A DNA stretch of 64,000 bases from Phoronis australis. Its lineage: Eukaryota > Animalia > Phoronida. Below, in pieces: positions 13,101 to 25,062 of this stretch. Below the pieces are notes generated by a model. The model searched no databases and was not told the DNA's origin. It saw only the letters and a program-made list of their open reading frames with translations. Both the position numbers and the translations under genes were made by a program. The stretch spans positions 579,958 to 643,957 of the forward strand of contig NMRA01000071.1 in NCBI GenBank assembly GCA_002633005.1, written 5' to 3'. Positions within the stretch are counted from its first letter, which is position 1. Each line of letters begins with the position of its first letter.

Positions 13101-16100
13101 TTATCAATTCTTTGATTTTCACCACGACTGAGCTGTGTGTGACCTACGAAAACACAAAATTTTCGGAAATGACCCCTAAAATAAACGATGACCTGGAGCA
13201 ATTGTCTGACGAGAATACTTTTTTCTACCATGCATGATTTCTTGATGCACTGAACTATTGTTTAGGATGCCATATGTCCATATGTCCATATGTCCATATG
13301 TCCCACAAAATGTGTTGGTTCCTGCCACTTATCATTCGGTTGACCCCTAGACCAGTCCCTCGTCTATGCTGCCGCCTCTCTGATGATCTCCTCATAACCA
13401 CTGTCGTTGTGAAATTTTGCATATGAGTTTCTATGAAGCTGCTCTGCCCCCTAGTGGCAATTTTAGTTGTTTTACGTTTGTCTCTTAATCTTTGGAGTTC
13501 CTTGATGGATTTGCATCAAAATTTAGCAGATAGGTTTCTTTTTAAGAGACGATGACGCCTTCCCGTTTAATTTAAAAATAATTGAGTATGTTTTGACGTC
13601 CGCCTTCCTATCCGCCAAACTGCTCCAAGAAGGAGATGTGTTCCTGGTGAGAAGACCGTGGCTGACACTGCTTTTCGGACAGGTTCGACTGCTGTGGGGA
13701 CTCCTAGTGGCAGTTTTACTTTCTGCGTTCACGGCTGTATCTCCTTATCTCTTGGGACGGTCTTTGTGAAATTGGAAGACGTGTTCCTATTTACGTTTAC
13801 CTCTGTATCTTCCAAATTCCTTGATAGATTTTCGTGAAATTTAGCACGTGGGTTTCAAAAAATTGCTGATGACACCTTCTTACTTTCAAACGGATTTGAT
13901 GTATTGTCAGTCACCTGGTGACAATTAAAAAAATGAGTAGATTTTTGACGTCCGACTTCCTATCCACCCAAGCTTTCTTTGGAGGATCTTTGTAAAATGT
14001 GGCAGATATGGACATAATTAACAGATGACGACGAGTTTCATATCAGCCCTGCTTCAGGTGTGCCCCTTAGTGACATCTTTAGTTTTTTTACGTTTGCTTC
14101 TGTACCTTTGGAGTTCATAGATGGATTTTTCTGAAAATTGGCAAATATGTTTCCATTAAGGCAACGACTATTTATTTCCATTTTCGGACAGATTAAATAA
14201 ATTATATTTCGCGCCACTTAATGACTAATTTTATGATTTTGAGTTTGTTGTTTAACGTTTGCCCCTTTGTCTGCCAAAAGTGTTCAAAGGATCATCGTGA
14301 ACCATACCCGTTCTCAGTGACCATGGCTGAAATTGACATTTATACCTGTGGCGTCCCCTTGTTGTGCATTTTTGCGACCATGGCTGCAGCTCCTGATTCC
14401 TTTGCATGTTTGTGTACCTTTGCACGTGTTTTCCTGTAGATGTGACAGTGACTCAGGGCCATGACTTTGGATGGATGTGACTACCGCTATGCCTCCTTTA
14501 TCTCCTTGATGTTTTTTCGTGAAATGTGTAAACAAGTCTTTATTTTATAAGGATGACACTATATTTCCATTGTGCAATGGATTCTACGTATTTTGCGCCA
14601 CCTAGTGGCCAGGTCAATTATTTTTGAGTCCGTTTTTGGCCATTTGCCAGTATCGGCTAAACCGCTCGGAGGACCGTTATGGAAATTGGCACATGTGTTT
14701 CTTCTGACATGATCATGATTCTTCAGATAGGTCCAAAGTAACTTTGGTGCTCCCTTGTGACATTATTTTCGCATTTGCGGCTATATTTACTAAGCCCCTT
14801 GCAAGATCACAATTTTTCAAGTCCATTCCTGTTAACTTGACATCAGATGGAGGGATTCGACTACCGCACTGCCTTCTAATGAGAAGTTGTTTTTTACGCC
14901 TGCCTCTGTATTTTTGGAGTTACTTAGTCGATTTTCAGGAAATTTGACAAACAGTTTAAGTAAAAGAGAGACGACGACGCTTTCCCAATTTGGACGGGTT
15001 TGACATATTCTGCGCCATCTAATTGCCATGTTTATGATAGTAAAACACCATTAGAAACACAACATTTATGTTGCAATCATGGGCGTATTTCAACGCGAAG
15101 CTTTGAACCCGATACAGAAATGTTCAGTCCTCAAAAACAGAAACGAAACCCAGAAAATGAAGAATGCTCTTTAGACCGTGTATTTTGCGAGCAAGGCAAG
15201 ACAACGCAAATTCACGCAAGTGAAATGCGGATGTTCCGCAAATGCTTAATGAGTTCTTTACCGTAGTCTTACAAAATGGCTGCCATTGAAATGATTTGGT
15301 CGGAAAAGGTTAGAAAGTTGAGCTAAGGAATAGATTTTTTTTAAGTTATGGCCTCGAATTTACCGTTTCTACGCCACAAGCAAAGATTTTTCGCCCATTC
15401 ATGTCTATAATGTATTGGCCTATGGCACACACTGCGCCTTTTCGCTATATTTGACGTACAGATTCACTTCTGTGAGGCCTCTTAAAATTTGTCAGCGAAA
15501 CGTTTCGGCGACAATAGTTTACCATTCGTATGTAGCATCAGGAAGAGATCTCTTCCTGGTAGCATTCATATCCCGCATTATATAACCGGACAGATGCACG
15601 TTCATTTTTAAGTCAAATATCGCCTACAGATTGCTGGCACAGTACGTACATAACTGCCGTTTTTCTTTGATGTACTGAGACTTATAAGGCCTGCGGACTT
15701 AGGATATTTTCGAGTACGGTAAAACTGCTCCATTTTTTGAAAGTTATTATTTTATTCCATAGAAGAAATAAACAAATCACCAAACAAATCTGCCAAGGAG
15801 GCGCAGAAGAGGAAGCGCCACCAGGTGGAGGAAGAAGATGAAGAACTTGACAGTGAAGGTGATGATGTGAACTACGGTAACTTCAACTTTGACGATTACA
15901 ACTCAGAGGACGACACAAACTTTGAGGTACATGCATGCTTAAGTAAATATATATCTCCAGGAAATGACAATAAAAAGTTATCGGTCACAAACTGGGTCAA
16001 AAAGTCTCCGCCTATTTCTTGATGTTTGAACGGCCGATTCCAAAAAGTTTAAATAAGCTGCGTCTTTTACTTCATGCTGACTTGACTATGAACGACAAAT

Positions 16101-18144
16101 GAACGAAGTGAGCAAGTGAATATTACAGCTCATATATAATCGTGCATTCTCGACCAAGCTTATAAAGAGAACAAGGTAGCCAAGCCAAGTGCAGGGGGGA
16201 CGACATTCGAAAAATTATACTGTCTAAAAATAATCCTGATAATTCTGTGTGCTCGAGTGCGGCGTTATGATTAACGCGCGTTTTTATTCGAAGTTAGTAC
16301 TTGATGACCACGGAATTCGAGCTGCACATTCTATTTCTAGTTCAGACTCTAAATTATAACATTAATCCTGGGGTCGTCAATTGCAAACTTGGGTGAGAAG
16401 ATCACCAATGTGCTCGAGCACACACTGATAGACACACAGGACAGTTGGCGCAAAAGTACAGCGGAAAAGGCAGAAAGAGCTTTCCGTTTTCAACATCCAG
16501 TATAAAGTTCAGCCAAGGTTTGATACACATTTATAAATTTTGAAATATGTTTTGTTCAGCGCACAAACCTACAGTGCCTTGGTCAAAAATTGTAAACATC
16601 AAACCTACTCGCTGTGCCTTGATAGAGAGAACGTAGTGGAAGTAAACTCTCTCCATTGTTTTGTATAATCATTTGTGTTACTTTCTACACCCATGCACTT
16701 GTGGCACCGGGGATTACGTTTACTTAACGTCATCAGCCAGAGTCTGACTGCAGCGAAGACAGCCTGGAATATCGGTCAAGGAGTGACGACTCCCTGGAGG
16801 AGCCGCTGTGTGCACTGCACCGCCGACTTGAAGAGGACGTGGAGGTGCTGACTCCTCATGGACTACAGGCACACTACGAGGTGAGTCCGTGAGTTGGCTG
16901 GTTGTGCAGTAAAATAAAACTAGTTGAATATTAATGATTTTTGCTAACAGTAACTGTAGGGGATTGAAACAACGGTTTTTCCTCCATATTCTACTTATTT
17001 CTCTGTACACAGAGAGTTGGTCTTGAATATAAAGCTGCAATAACTTTAGTATATGTGCAAAACTGACACATTAAAAAAAAATACTTGAAAGTAATCTGTT
17101 AATACTCGGTAATTTCTGAGTGATGTCATCAGTGATGTCGTCAGTGATGTCGTCAGTGATGTCGTCAGTGATGTCGTCAGTGATGTCGTCAGTGATGTCG
17201 TCAGTGATGTCGTCAGTGATGTCGTCAGTGATGTCATCAGTGATGTACTGATGTGGATAGAGTTGAGTGCCCACGTGAGTTTCAATTGCACTATACCTTC
17301 ACATAAACTTTACCTTGCCGGGGCAAGCTGTCTTTATGACGTTGTTTCGTTGCCAAAATACTGTCAAATATCAGAGGTTATCTTTACAGAAATGTGACGA
17401 CCTCGTGCCTGTTGATCCTGATACACCTGGAAGTGGAGACGAAGGACAAGGTAATATTGAGTAGTTCGGCTTTTCATGAATGTGATGCATCGAGTTTGGA
17501 AACTAACCTACATTTCATAAATGAAAGTATAAAGTCTTGATAAAAGTACGGTGTTTCGTTTTTGCTTACCGTTTATTGATAAAAATATTACTACATAAGT
17601 ATTGTGAGACAAGTAAGTGTGACCTTATTCAGACAGTCGCCACTCTTAAAAATGAGCTTCTTTTTAGGTTTAAAAAAACAACGCATTCGAGACGAGTGGC
17701 GGAGTTAGAGGAGGGGGGGGGNNNNNNNCCTAAAATTCTCCCAGATTCTGTTAGGCAGTTCGGAGGTGCGAATGTCTGACGGACGAAATCCTGGCTAATA
17801 TTCTTCCCTGCCCCCCCAACTCAAAATCCTAGATCCGCCCCTGGAGACATACATATTAACGAGTGATGCGAAAAATATCACTCTTTGCACTGTGATTAAG
17901 AGCGGAGTGCATAATTTTTAAAACCTAAAAGGAGGCTCTTTGTAACATAGCGACAGCGTGAATGAGGTGTACATGTACTCCGACCATTTCATTTTTAGTT
18001 CACTCCACCCAGCAAGAAGATCAAGAAGTCTTAAACCCTGACACGACCAAATCGGATGATCTCGATGTCGTAGACGATGGATCAACCGAAGACAAACACT
18101 CTCGCACTAATTCGGACAACAACCATTCACCTCGTATCGACTAG
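10191..18144 (+). CDS. Uncharacterised spliced gene, ~357 aa, basic N-terminal half and acidic C-terminal half with NLS-like motifs
   Basis: Exons 10191-10334, 12041-12226, 12713-12941, 15763-15926, 16737-16880, 17390-17450, 17999-18144. Every junction is GT-AG with phases 0,0,1,0,0,1, giving an open 1074-nt frame ending in TAG. The protein includes SPKKRLPRK, QKRKRH and EEEDEELDSEGDD..DDYNSEDDTNFE|PESDCSEDSLEY. The last five exons are well supported; the first two and the start codon are less certain. Confidence 0.7.
13270..15030 (+). mobile_element. Expanded array of the same HINE-like modules (intron 3 of the uncharacterised gene)
   Basis: Repeated modules with GCCCCCTAGTGGCAATTTTAG, CTCTGTATCTT, GATGGATTTT..GAAATTT. 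Further fragments at ~10413-10800, 11185-11620, 19330-19990 and 22260-22415. Boundaries are approximate. Confidence 0.65.
17119..17246. repeat. 12-bp tandem repeat
   Basis: AGTGATGTCGTC, about 10.5 copies, intronic. Confidence 0.95.
17694..17843 (+). mobile_element. MITE (CAGTGGCGGA..TCCGCCCCTG family), 5-bp TSD
   Basis: TIR GAGTGGCGGAG / GATCCGCCCCTG. Perfect TSD GAGAC on both sides. The body matches 22670-22819. Confidence 0.85.
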
Positions 18145-18817
18145 GTTGCTATAGTGACAGTTAATTGCACGTTTGCCGTAACATCGATGAACCTACACCA
18201 TGAGCATTCACGTCATTTATAGATCTAATAGCATGGTCACGTGACACCCCTTGTTTAACAAATTGTCATACTTTCCATGTTAACAAAAATACAGAATTTC
18301 AGTTGTGTATGTATGATTCTGTCTGAAACACGCTGATGAAAGCCGGAACATTCTCCTTTATACAGGCACGGTCTCACGTGCTCTGTAAAATGAAGCACTG
18401 AAAGAGAGCGCAGGGAATAGATGTTGTTGACATTCTTTGCAACTGGGGCCCGTTTCATGAAAAGTGTTTATATTTCACAATATGTGCAAAGTAAGTGGCA
18501 CTGCAGTGTCCTCAGGAGTCTTTGCCGCTTCGCCGGTTCTCGAATGGAAGGCAGGCGATTTTCGATTTGAAATTATTTAGCGACTTTAGATTGTGAAAAT
18601 ATCAACGGAAGTTGTTTCTCAACAGTTTAGAGTGACGAGAGCCGAAAAACTTGCCTCTCGTTCAGTAATGCTAGGACCTCGCCAAAAAGCAAGAGTTTGC
18701 GAGATTACGAGAGATGTTGCAGTGTAATTTAGTGGTACCACGTGACGTTGCATAGATTTCAGCTAGGTCCTGCACGCCTGGTCATTTAGACAAAAAGTCT
18801 AATGTTTACTCCATAGG

Positions 18818-18960
18818 CATGGGCGGTGCACCATAGGGGGCGGGGGGCTATAGCCTCTCACTTTTTTCACTGCTACGCTGCACATGGTCTATAGGTGATG
18901 CACCACAGGGGGGCCGAGGAGGCTTTAGCCCCCACATTTTTCGGCGCTGCGCCGCCCATG
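18818..18960 (+). mobile_element. Short MITE (CATGGGCGG TIR)
   Basis: CATGGGCGGTGCA ... TGCGCCGCCCATG. A related 5' half lies at 42843-42915. Confidence 0.7.
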
Positions 18961-20321
18961 ACACGGGAGCCTGGCTTTCGGTCTTAGTTTTACTTACACA
19001 CTGATTTCGGTCACCACTTGGATCTTTAGAATTCATCATGAAAGGGAGCTAAAGCATTTTGATCTTAAGTGAACAGAAACCGCTTCATGTGAAACGGGCT
19101 GTTGAATTTCTCCTTATACATGTACATACAGGTGCACACGTGTGGCTGCAAAACTCTTGTCTGGGCGTTTGGCATTCGTTGGTGTATCTTCGAAGACCCT
19201 TAATTTGCAGGAACTTTATGACATTAGCCATGTATTCCATTAAATATGACGATGGACAATGGCTACTATATGACGATGGACAATGACTACTTTTGGACGG
19301 ATCGAATAACCGCTCACTACCTAAAAGCAATTTCAGTTTTTAAGTTGACCTCTGTGTCTATCAAGGTCATTTATGGAACATGGCGAATATGCTTTGACGT
19401 GACGACGATATTTTTTCCGATGTCGGACCCGTCGCAGTGGCTATTTTTTTTACTATTTTGGAGTCTGTTTTTGCGTCGGTCTATCTATCCGCCAAACCAC
19501 TCTGAGGATCGTTATCGGAAATTTGTAAGGTATGCTCTTATTTCGAATAATTTACCAGACTTAATTTTTAGGCGACCCGACAACATCGTCACACTGTAAT
19601 GACGTTATTTTTGTCTCGATATCTAGATAGCTCCTCTTCATAGAATTTTGCGACGTTGATCTTTGCACGGATCAAAGTATCGTCATCTTGGTGCACTTTC
19701 AGGAAATTTGTTCCTGCTGAGGAGAGCGTAACCGTCATTAATTTTCGGATAATTCTGTTATCGCGCCTCCAAGAGGCAATTGTAGTTTGCTCTTTCCGCA
19801 TTTACATCATTATCTACCCAGTTCTTTGAAGTAACGTTATGAAATATGACGTGAGTGCAATGAGAAAAGCGCGACGGGTGTCTAATTTGAGACGGATCTT
19901 GACTACTGGGGTGCGCCCAAGTGACAGCTTGTCATTTCCTTGCATTTAATACTTATTTCTAGTTCTTCGATTGCATCTTCATAAAGTTGACTTATCTGTT
20001 CCTAATAAAGAGATTGCTGATTTTTGAATGGTTCCAGCTACCGTTGAATTATTAGAACAAATGAGCACACGGTGAGATATCAACTCTCTGTGCTGCTCTT
20101 TTGTGTAGGTTGTATAGAATGACCTGCAGTCTCGCAGTATATACAAATTAAGAAAATGACATAAACATGGCATAACAAGAAATAGTGTGCGAAAAGTTCT
20201 AACATTAGTTTTGAGTTCTGTGAAATAAAAATGAAACACCACAATTAAATACATATTAATTAGGCCAGATTTACGTAATGTCAGTTGTAAATTAAAGCAC
20301 TTTTGAAAATGTGTAGCTTGC

Positions 20322-20581
20322 TCCACGCCTGCTCAGTCTGTGCTCCAGGCCTGCTCAGTCTGTGCTCCAGCCTGCTCAGTCTGTGCTCCAGGCCTTCTCA
20401 GTCTGTGGTCCAGGCCTGCTCAGTCTGTGCTCCAGGCCTGCTCAGTCTGTGCTCCAGGCCTGCTCAGTCTGTGCTCCAGGCCTGCTCAGTCTGCGCCCCA
20501 GGCCTGCTCAGACTGTGCTCCAGGCCTGCTCAGTCTTTGCCCCAGGCCTGCTCAGTCTGTCCTCCAGGCCTGCTCAGTCTG
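20322..20581. repeat. 22-bp minisatellite
   Basis: CCAGGCCTGCTCAGTCTGTGCT, about 12 copies. Confidence 0.95.
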
Positions 20582-21180
20582 AATCCTTCTCAACTCTGCG
20601 GATGAAACCATTTTTATTATCGCCCACGTATTCATGGGCCGGTGGACAGATTGCCGCCATCTCTATCTGGGCCAGTCCTGCATCCGCTGCAGTATCTCCT
20701 AAATCCCTTGCTGATTTGTGAGATGCGTTTCTTTGAAGCTGGCAACATCTGACTACAACAGTCTAGCTTATCCTCGCTGGTCCCCACCTACGTGCCTTGC
20801 CAGCAGGCAGGTATCACGCAGTGGCACGCGCTTTAGCCGCTTGGTTAGCTTTACAACACCGTGAAATAATGGCGGGCTGTGAATGATTTTTAGCCTTGTA
20901 ATGTAAGTGGCGTCGCAGCAGCTATTTCGTTTCTGCAGTGATATTTAATAGCCGCGTGCTTGAAGCACGTACCTGTAGGCCTACAATAAACAAACATCTG
21001 GCTGATTTAACGGTGTGTTATTCATGCAGTGTGAATACAGGGCAGTATCGTAAACAAAAGTCATCGACAATAGAAAGATGCACTCCGAAAAGGCGCAACC
21101 CCGGCCCGGGATTCACATTTCCTGAACATATAAACACCGATTTGTCTGCCCAACACTGAGACCACATTAACACTTCAGTC

Positions 21181-22070
21181 CAGTGGCGGATCTAGGATAT
21201 CACAAGGGGGGGGCCCAACATTTGTCCGGTTGGAAGCATTTGCGCAAACTGAACCACGAATGTNNNNNNNNNNNNNNNNNNNNNNNNNNNNNNNNNNNNN
21301 NNNNNNNNNNNNNNNNNNNNNNNNNNNNNNNNNNNNNNNNNNNNNNNNNNNNNNNNNNNNNNNNNNNNNNNNNNNNNNNNNNNNNNNNNNNNNNNNNNNN
21401 NNNNNNNNNNNNNNNNNNNNNNNNNNNNNNNNNNNNNNNNNNNNNNNNNNNNNNNNNNNNNNNNNNNNNNNNNNNNNNNNNNNNNNNNNNNNNNNNNNNN
21501 NNNNNNNNNNNNNNNNNNNNNNNNNNNNNNNNNNNNNNNNNNNNNNNNNNNNNNNNNNNNNNNNNNNNNNNNNNNNNNNNNNNNNNNNNNNNNNNNNNNN
21601 NNNNNNNNNNNNNNNNNNNNNNNNNNNNNNNNNNNNNNNNNNNNNNNNNNNNNNNNNNNNNNNNNNNNNNNNNNNNNNNNNNNNNNNNNNNNNNNNNNNN
21701 NNNNNNNNNNNNNNNNNNNNNNNNNNNNNNNNNNNNNNNNNNNNNNNNNNNNNNNNNNNNNNNNNNNNNNNNNNNNNNNNNNNNNNNNNNNNNNNNNNNN
21801 NNNNNNNNNNNNNNNNNNNNNNNNNNNNNNNNNNNNNNNNNNNNNNNNNNNNNNNNNNNNNNNNNNTGTTCCGAATTTGACACTTGAAATTGGATTTGAG
21901 CCCCCCCCTCCCCCCAACACTAAAACTGCACACATTTAAATCTTTTTTCATCCGTATAATTTTAATTACCGGGGTTAATTAATAAACTACGCTCTTACTG
22001 TTTTATTTTTTTTGCCGCAGCCAAGGGAGGGGGGGCCGGGCCTCCTGGGCCCCCCCTAAATCCGCCTATG
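21181..22070 (+). mobile_element. Non-autonomous TIR element spanning an assembly gap, 5-bp TSD
   Basis: TIR CAGTGGCGGATCTAGG / CCTAAATCCGCCTATG. Perfect TSD CAGTC at 21176-21180 and 22071-22075. N gap at 21264-21866. Related partial copy on the minus strand at 49434-49669. Confidence 0.8.
21264..21866. other. Assembly gap (603 N)
   Basis: Run of N inside a TIR element. Confidence 1.
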
Positions 22071-22669
22071 CAGTCCATCAGTCACTATGCCAGTTTGTTT
22101 GCGTAAAGCGCTGCCTGTTGAGAATTCCACTAGCCAATCAGAAACGCCGGTGTAAAAAAAATTACCGAGGAAAATTAATTGATAGGGCCCACCTTCGTGC
22201 TGGCACGGCTACCGCCCCACCTAGGGGCACGCAGGGAACCAGTAAGTGCGTGCTGGCGCTACTATCGCCCCATCTAGCGGCATGCAGGGAACCAGCTAGA
22301 AGCTTATCCAGCTACCGATGTGTCCCCTGGTGGCAATTTTAGTTTTTGCGTTTGCCTCTGTGTCTTCGGAGTTCTTCATTACTTGGATGTTCATGAAATC
22401 TGGCAGACTAGTGCTAAAACAACTTCTCAAATGACACATAAACAAAAGAGCAATAAGCCACACCAAGTTAAGTACTTTTGTGACAATCCTCTACCTGTTT
22501 TTATTTATACCATTTAAAGGCAGATCTCGGAAAGAAGACCAAATAGTAGGATCGATTGTGCCTGTTTTTATGAAATCTTCATTATTTTACGTGAAGGAAG
22601 GTCGCCTCTTGGAGGGTGACACGAGGAACGAATGAACTGTCACTCTTTTTCTGTCTTATTAAATGATGC

Positions 22670-22819
22670 CAGTGTCGGATTTAGAGGGGTGAATGCCCCC
22701 CTAAAAGTCTCCCAGATTCCATTTGGCAGTTCGAAGGTGCGAATGTGTCGGACTGAGAAAAATCCTGGCTAATACTCTGCTCTGGCCCACCCAAACTCAA
22801 AATCCTGGATCCGCCCCTG
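22670..22819 (+). mobile_element. MITE, same family as 17694-17843
   Basis: TIR CAGTGTCGGAT / GATCCGCCCCTG. Flanks GATGC and TATGC. Shared internal CTCCCAGATTC..GGCAGTTCG.AGGTGCGAATG..AAATCCTGGCTAATA. Confidence 0.85.
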
Positions 22820-23477
22820 TATGCTGCCTTTCACAACCGGCAAAGAGCCACATTTGTGACAGGGTACACTCTGGAGGTCGGCGCGAGGCACTTGACCATT
22901 TGTCCCCTACCAGTCGCGAAGAGAAGTAAAATTGATCGAAAAAACGAAGGCGTTCATGATAGACACGGCCGAAGCAAAACACGCGGCTTAAATAACCACA
23001 CGTTGAAAGTCTGATGACCTAGATGACCACCATTGTTTTTGAATTTCACGAATACAATTTTCTCGTTGATTTTATTACTAAAAAGTTTTGATAGCTGCAA
23101 AAAGAAGTCCAAGATAATTTCTTTGGAAAGTATTATTGATGAAGAGGGAGTTTGCAAATCTTCGTCCTCAACTCCAAGTTTTTTTTAACATAGTCCGTAC
23201 TCTTTGGCGACCTCAATATATTGTCTATTAACATGTTCGAGTAAATCATACGATAATGCCATAAGTTCGAGCCCGAACAAAATTTTGAACAGAATTAAAT
23301 GAATTTACATGTATCTATTACAAAATTTTTCTGAATCTGCAAAAATCTGCGAGGCGACCCCCCCGACTTCCTAGCTGTAAAACCATGTGACCGCCGCTGT
23401 ACTCGCAAGCCGCCCGTTGTCCGATACACTATATCCTACAGTTCAGGCATGGTGTATGTCCGATACACTCTACCCTA

Positions 23478-23734
23478 CATGCGCACCCAGCCTAAAATAG
23501 AGGTTGGCTCGAATTTTTCGGTATGCGGACCTTTTACTGAAAAAATCGACGAGGACTAAAAACTATAAAACGGGGCCACTAGGTTCAAACCTACGAATTG
23601 TGCATCCGCGCAGAATTCCTGTGACTTTGTGGACTTTTGTCTCGTTAGCTCGGACTTTTTGTTTCATTGAGGCGGACCTTTTGGCCCAATTCGCCAAATT
23701 GGGGGCTTGTTCGATCCCCCTGGGTGCGCCCATA
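23478..23734 (+). mobile_element. MITE (CATG.GCACCCAG family)
   Basis: TIRs CATGCGCACCCAG / CTGGGTGCGCCCATA. Flanks CCCTA and TCCTA (5-bp TSD with 1 mismatch). Homologous to 3581-3851 and 48303-48570. Confidence 0.8.
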
Positions 23735-24610
23735 TCCTACAGTTCAGACATGGCGCACAACAAACATGGTGCTCTACCCCTAGGTTACAGCTACGCAGAT
23801 TTGGCCATTCAGGAAAGTCAGTTCCGACTGGCCGAGAGCATTCGAAATATTTGAAAGACTCAGCAACGAATTCCACTAGTCAAAGAGAACTTAAAACATA
23901 CAAAAATATTAAGTTTAGGCACAAACTCAGTAAAAAGTAAGCATGAATGTCAAGCTATTTCTGAAAGGAATGCAAACCTACGGTGATTTCTCTAACACTC
24001 CTTTCACTAATGTGACGTCACGTTGTACTATAGTTCGGTCCAGCCCAGCAAGTTCGGCGGCATTTCCCGCGTGCCAGTGCGGAAACACCGGCTATTCATC
24101 TCGGTCCTAAATTTCGTTCTCAACTGCTTATTCTGGAGAGGTTGCTCCGCCAACGAGCTTCGGCGCTTTTTCTCACATACGCACACCCAATTATCCCTCG
24201 GTATTTTTTCACGCCGATTAAAATCAACACATGCCACCACAACTTGCGCGGAAGGCCACCAGTCACGGCGCGCAGCCGAATAAGTTCATGTGATCGTGCT
24301 AAAAACGTCCTAAGTCCAAAAAGTCTCTGTCACGAGGTACGATTTTGCTTGATTTTTCCATAAATTCAAAAACGTCTTGTTTTCAGAATAAAAAACTATC
24401 CAAACAACTTGGCCCAATCGGTTCACAATATAAGCGAACTATTAGCGGTGATGTACATAATGAGTCTGGATATTATGGTGAGACGATTTCTTAGTAACCG
24501 TTGCTAAGAAACTGTTCGAATTTTGACAAATCGAAAAAAATCAATGTTCTAAGTTTCATGTTTTTATGACCATCTGAGTATTTTCGCCTTATTTCTTCTC
24601 TCTCTCCGAA

Positions 24611-25007
24611 TGCTGTACGTGCACTTGGAATCCTGCTTAATCTCAAGATTAAGCGAAAGTGAGTGTTGCGTGAACTTGGAATACGCGACGTAACTTGGAC
24701 AAGTTCACTCAAATAATCACGTTCATGTTCTTAAAATTTTACACTACACTAAATCAAGTTACATTTGAATAAAATAATGTCAACTTTAACCAATCTTTTC
24801 AACTACATGCGATCAGTTTCACCAAACAATAGCCATTCACATATTCCTCCAGTTCAGCGACACAAGTTACGGTTAAGGAGAAATGGTTGATCGCGACGCC
24901 AATAATTACAAAAATTCTTTTCACCGAACAAAAATTTCTCTCTTCAATTCCAAGTTCCCGCATACGAGATCTTGAGATTAAGCAGGATTCCAAGTTCACG
25001 CACAGCA
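24611..25007. mobile_element. ~400-bp MITE immediately upstream of the NGLY1 ATG
   Basis: 39-bp TIRs TGCTGTACGTGCACTTGGAATCCTGCTTAATCTCAAGAT (24611-24649) and ATCTTGAGATTAAGCAGGATTCCAAGTTCACGCACAGCA (24969-25007), 2 mismatches. CGAA flanks both ends. Confidence 0.8.
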
Positions 25008-25062
25008 CGAACACCTTGTGACGTCATGACCAACCACCTGAGGGCGCTACGTTTCAGACAAA

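Noticed and set aside
17046-17291. TSLT/DDIT repeat ORFs on the minus strand
   Set aside because: Intronic 12-bp tandem repeat.
20303-20721. Cys-rich ORFs (ACSVCAPGLLSL) resembling metallothionein or keratin-associated proteins
   Set aside because: Produced by a 22-bp minisatellite that is open in all three frames.
21175-21951. Long ORFs of 216-258 aa
   Set aside because: They consist mostly of X from the 603-N gap.
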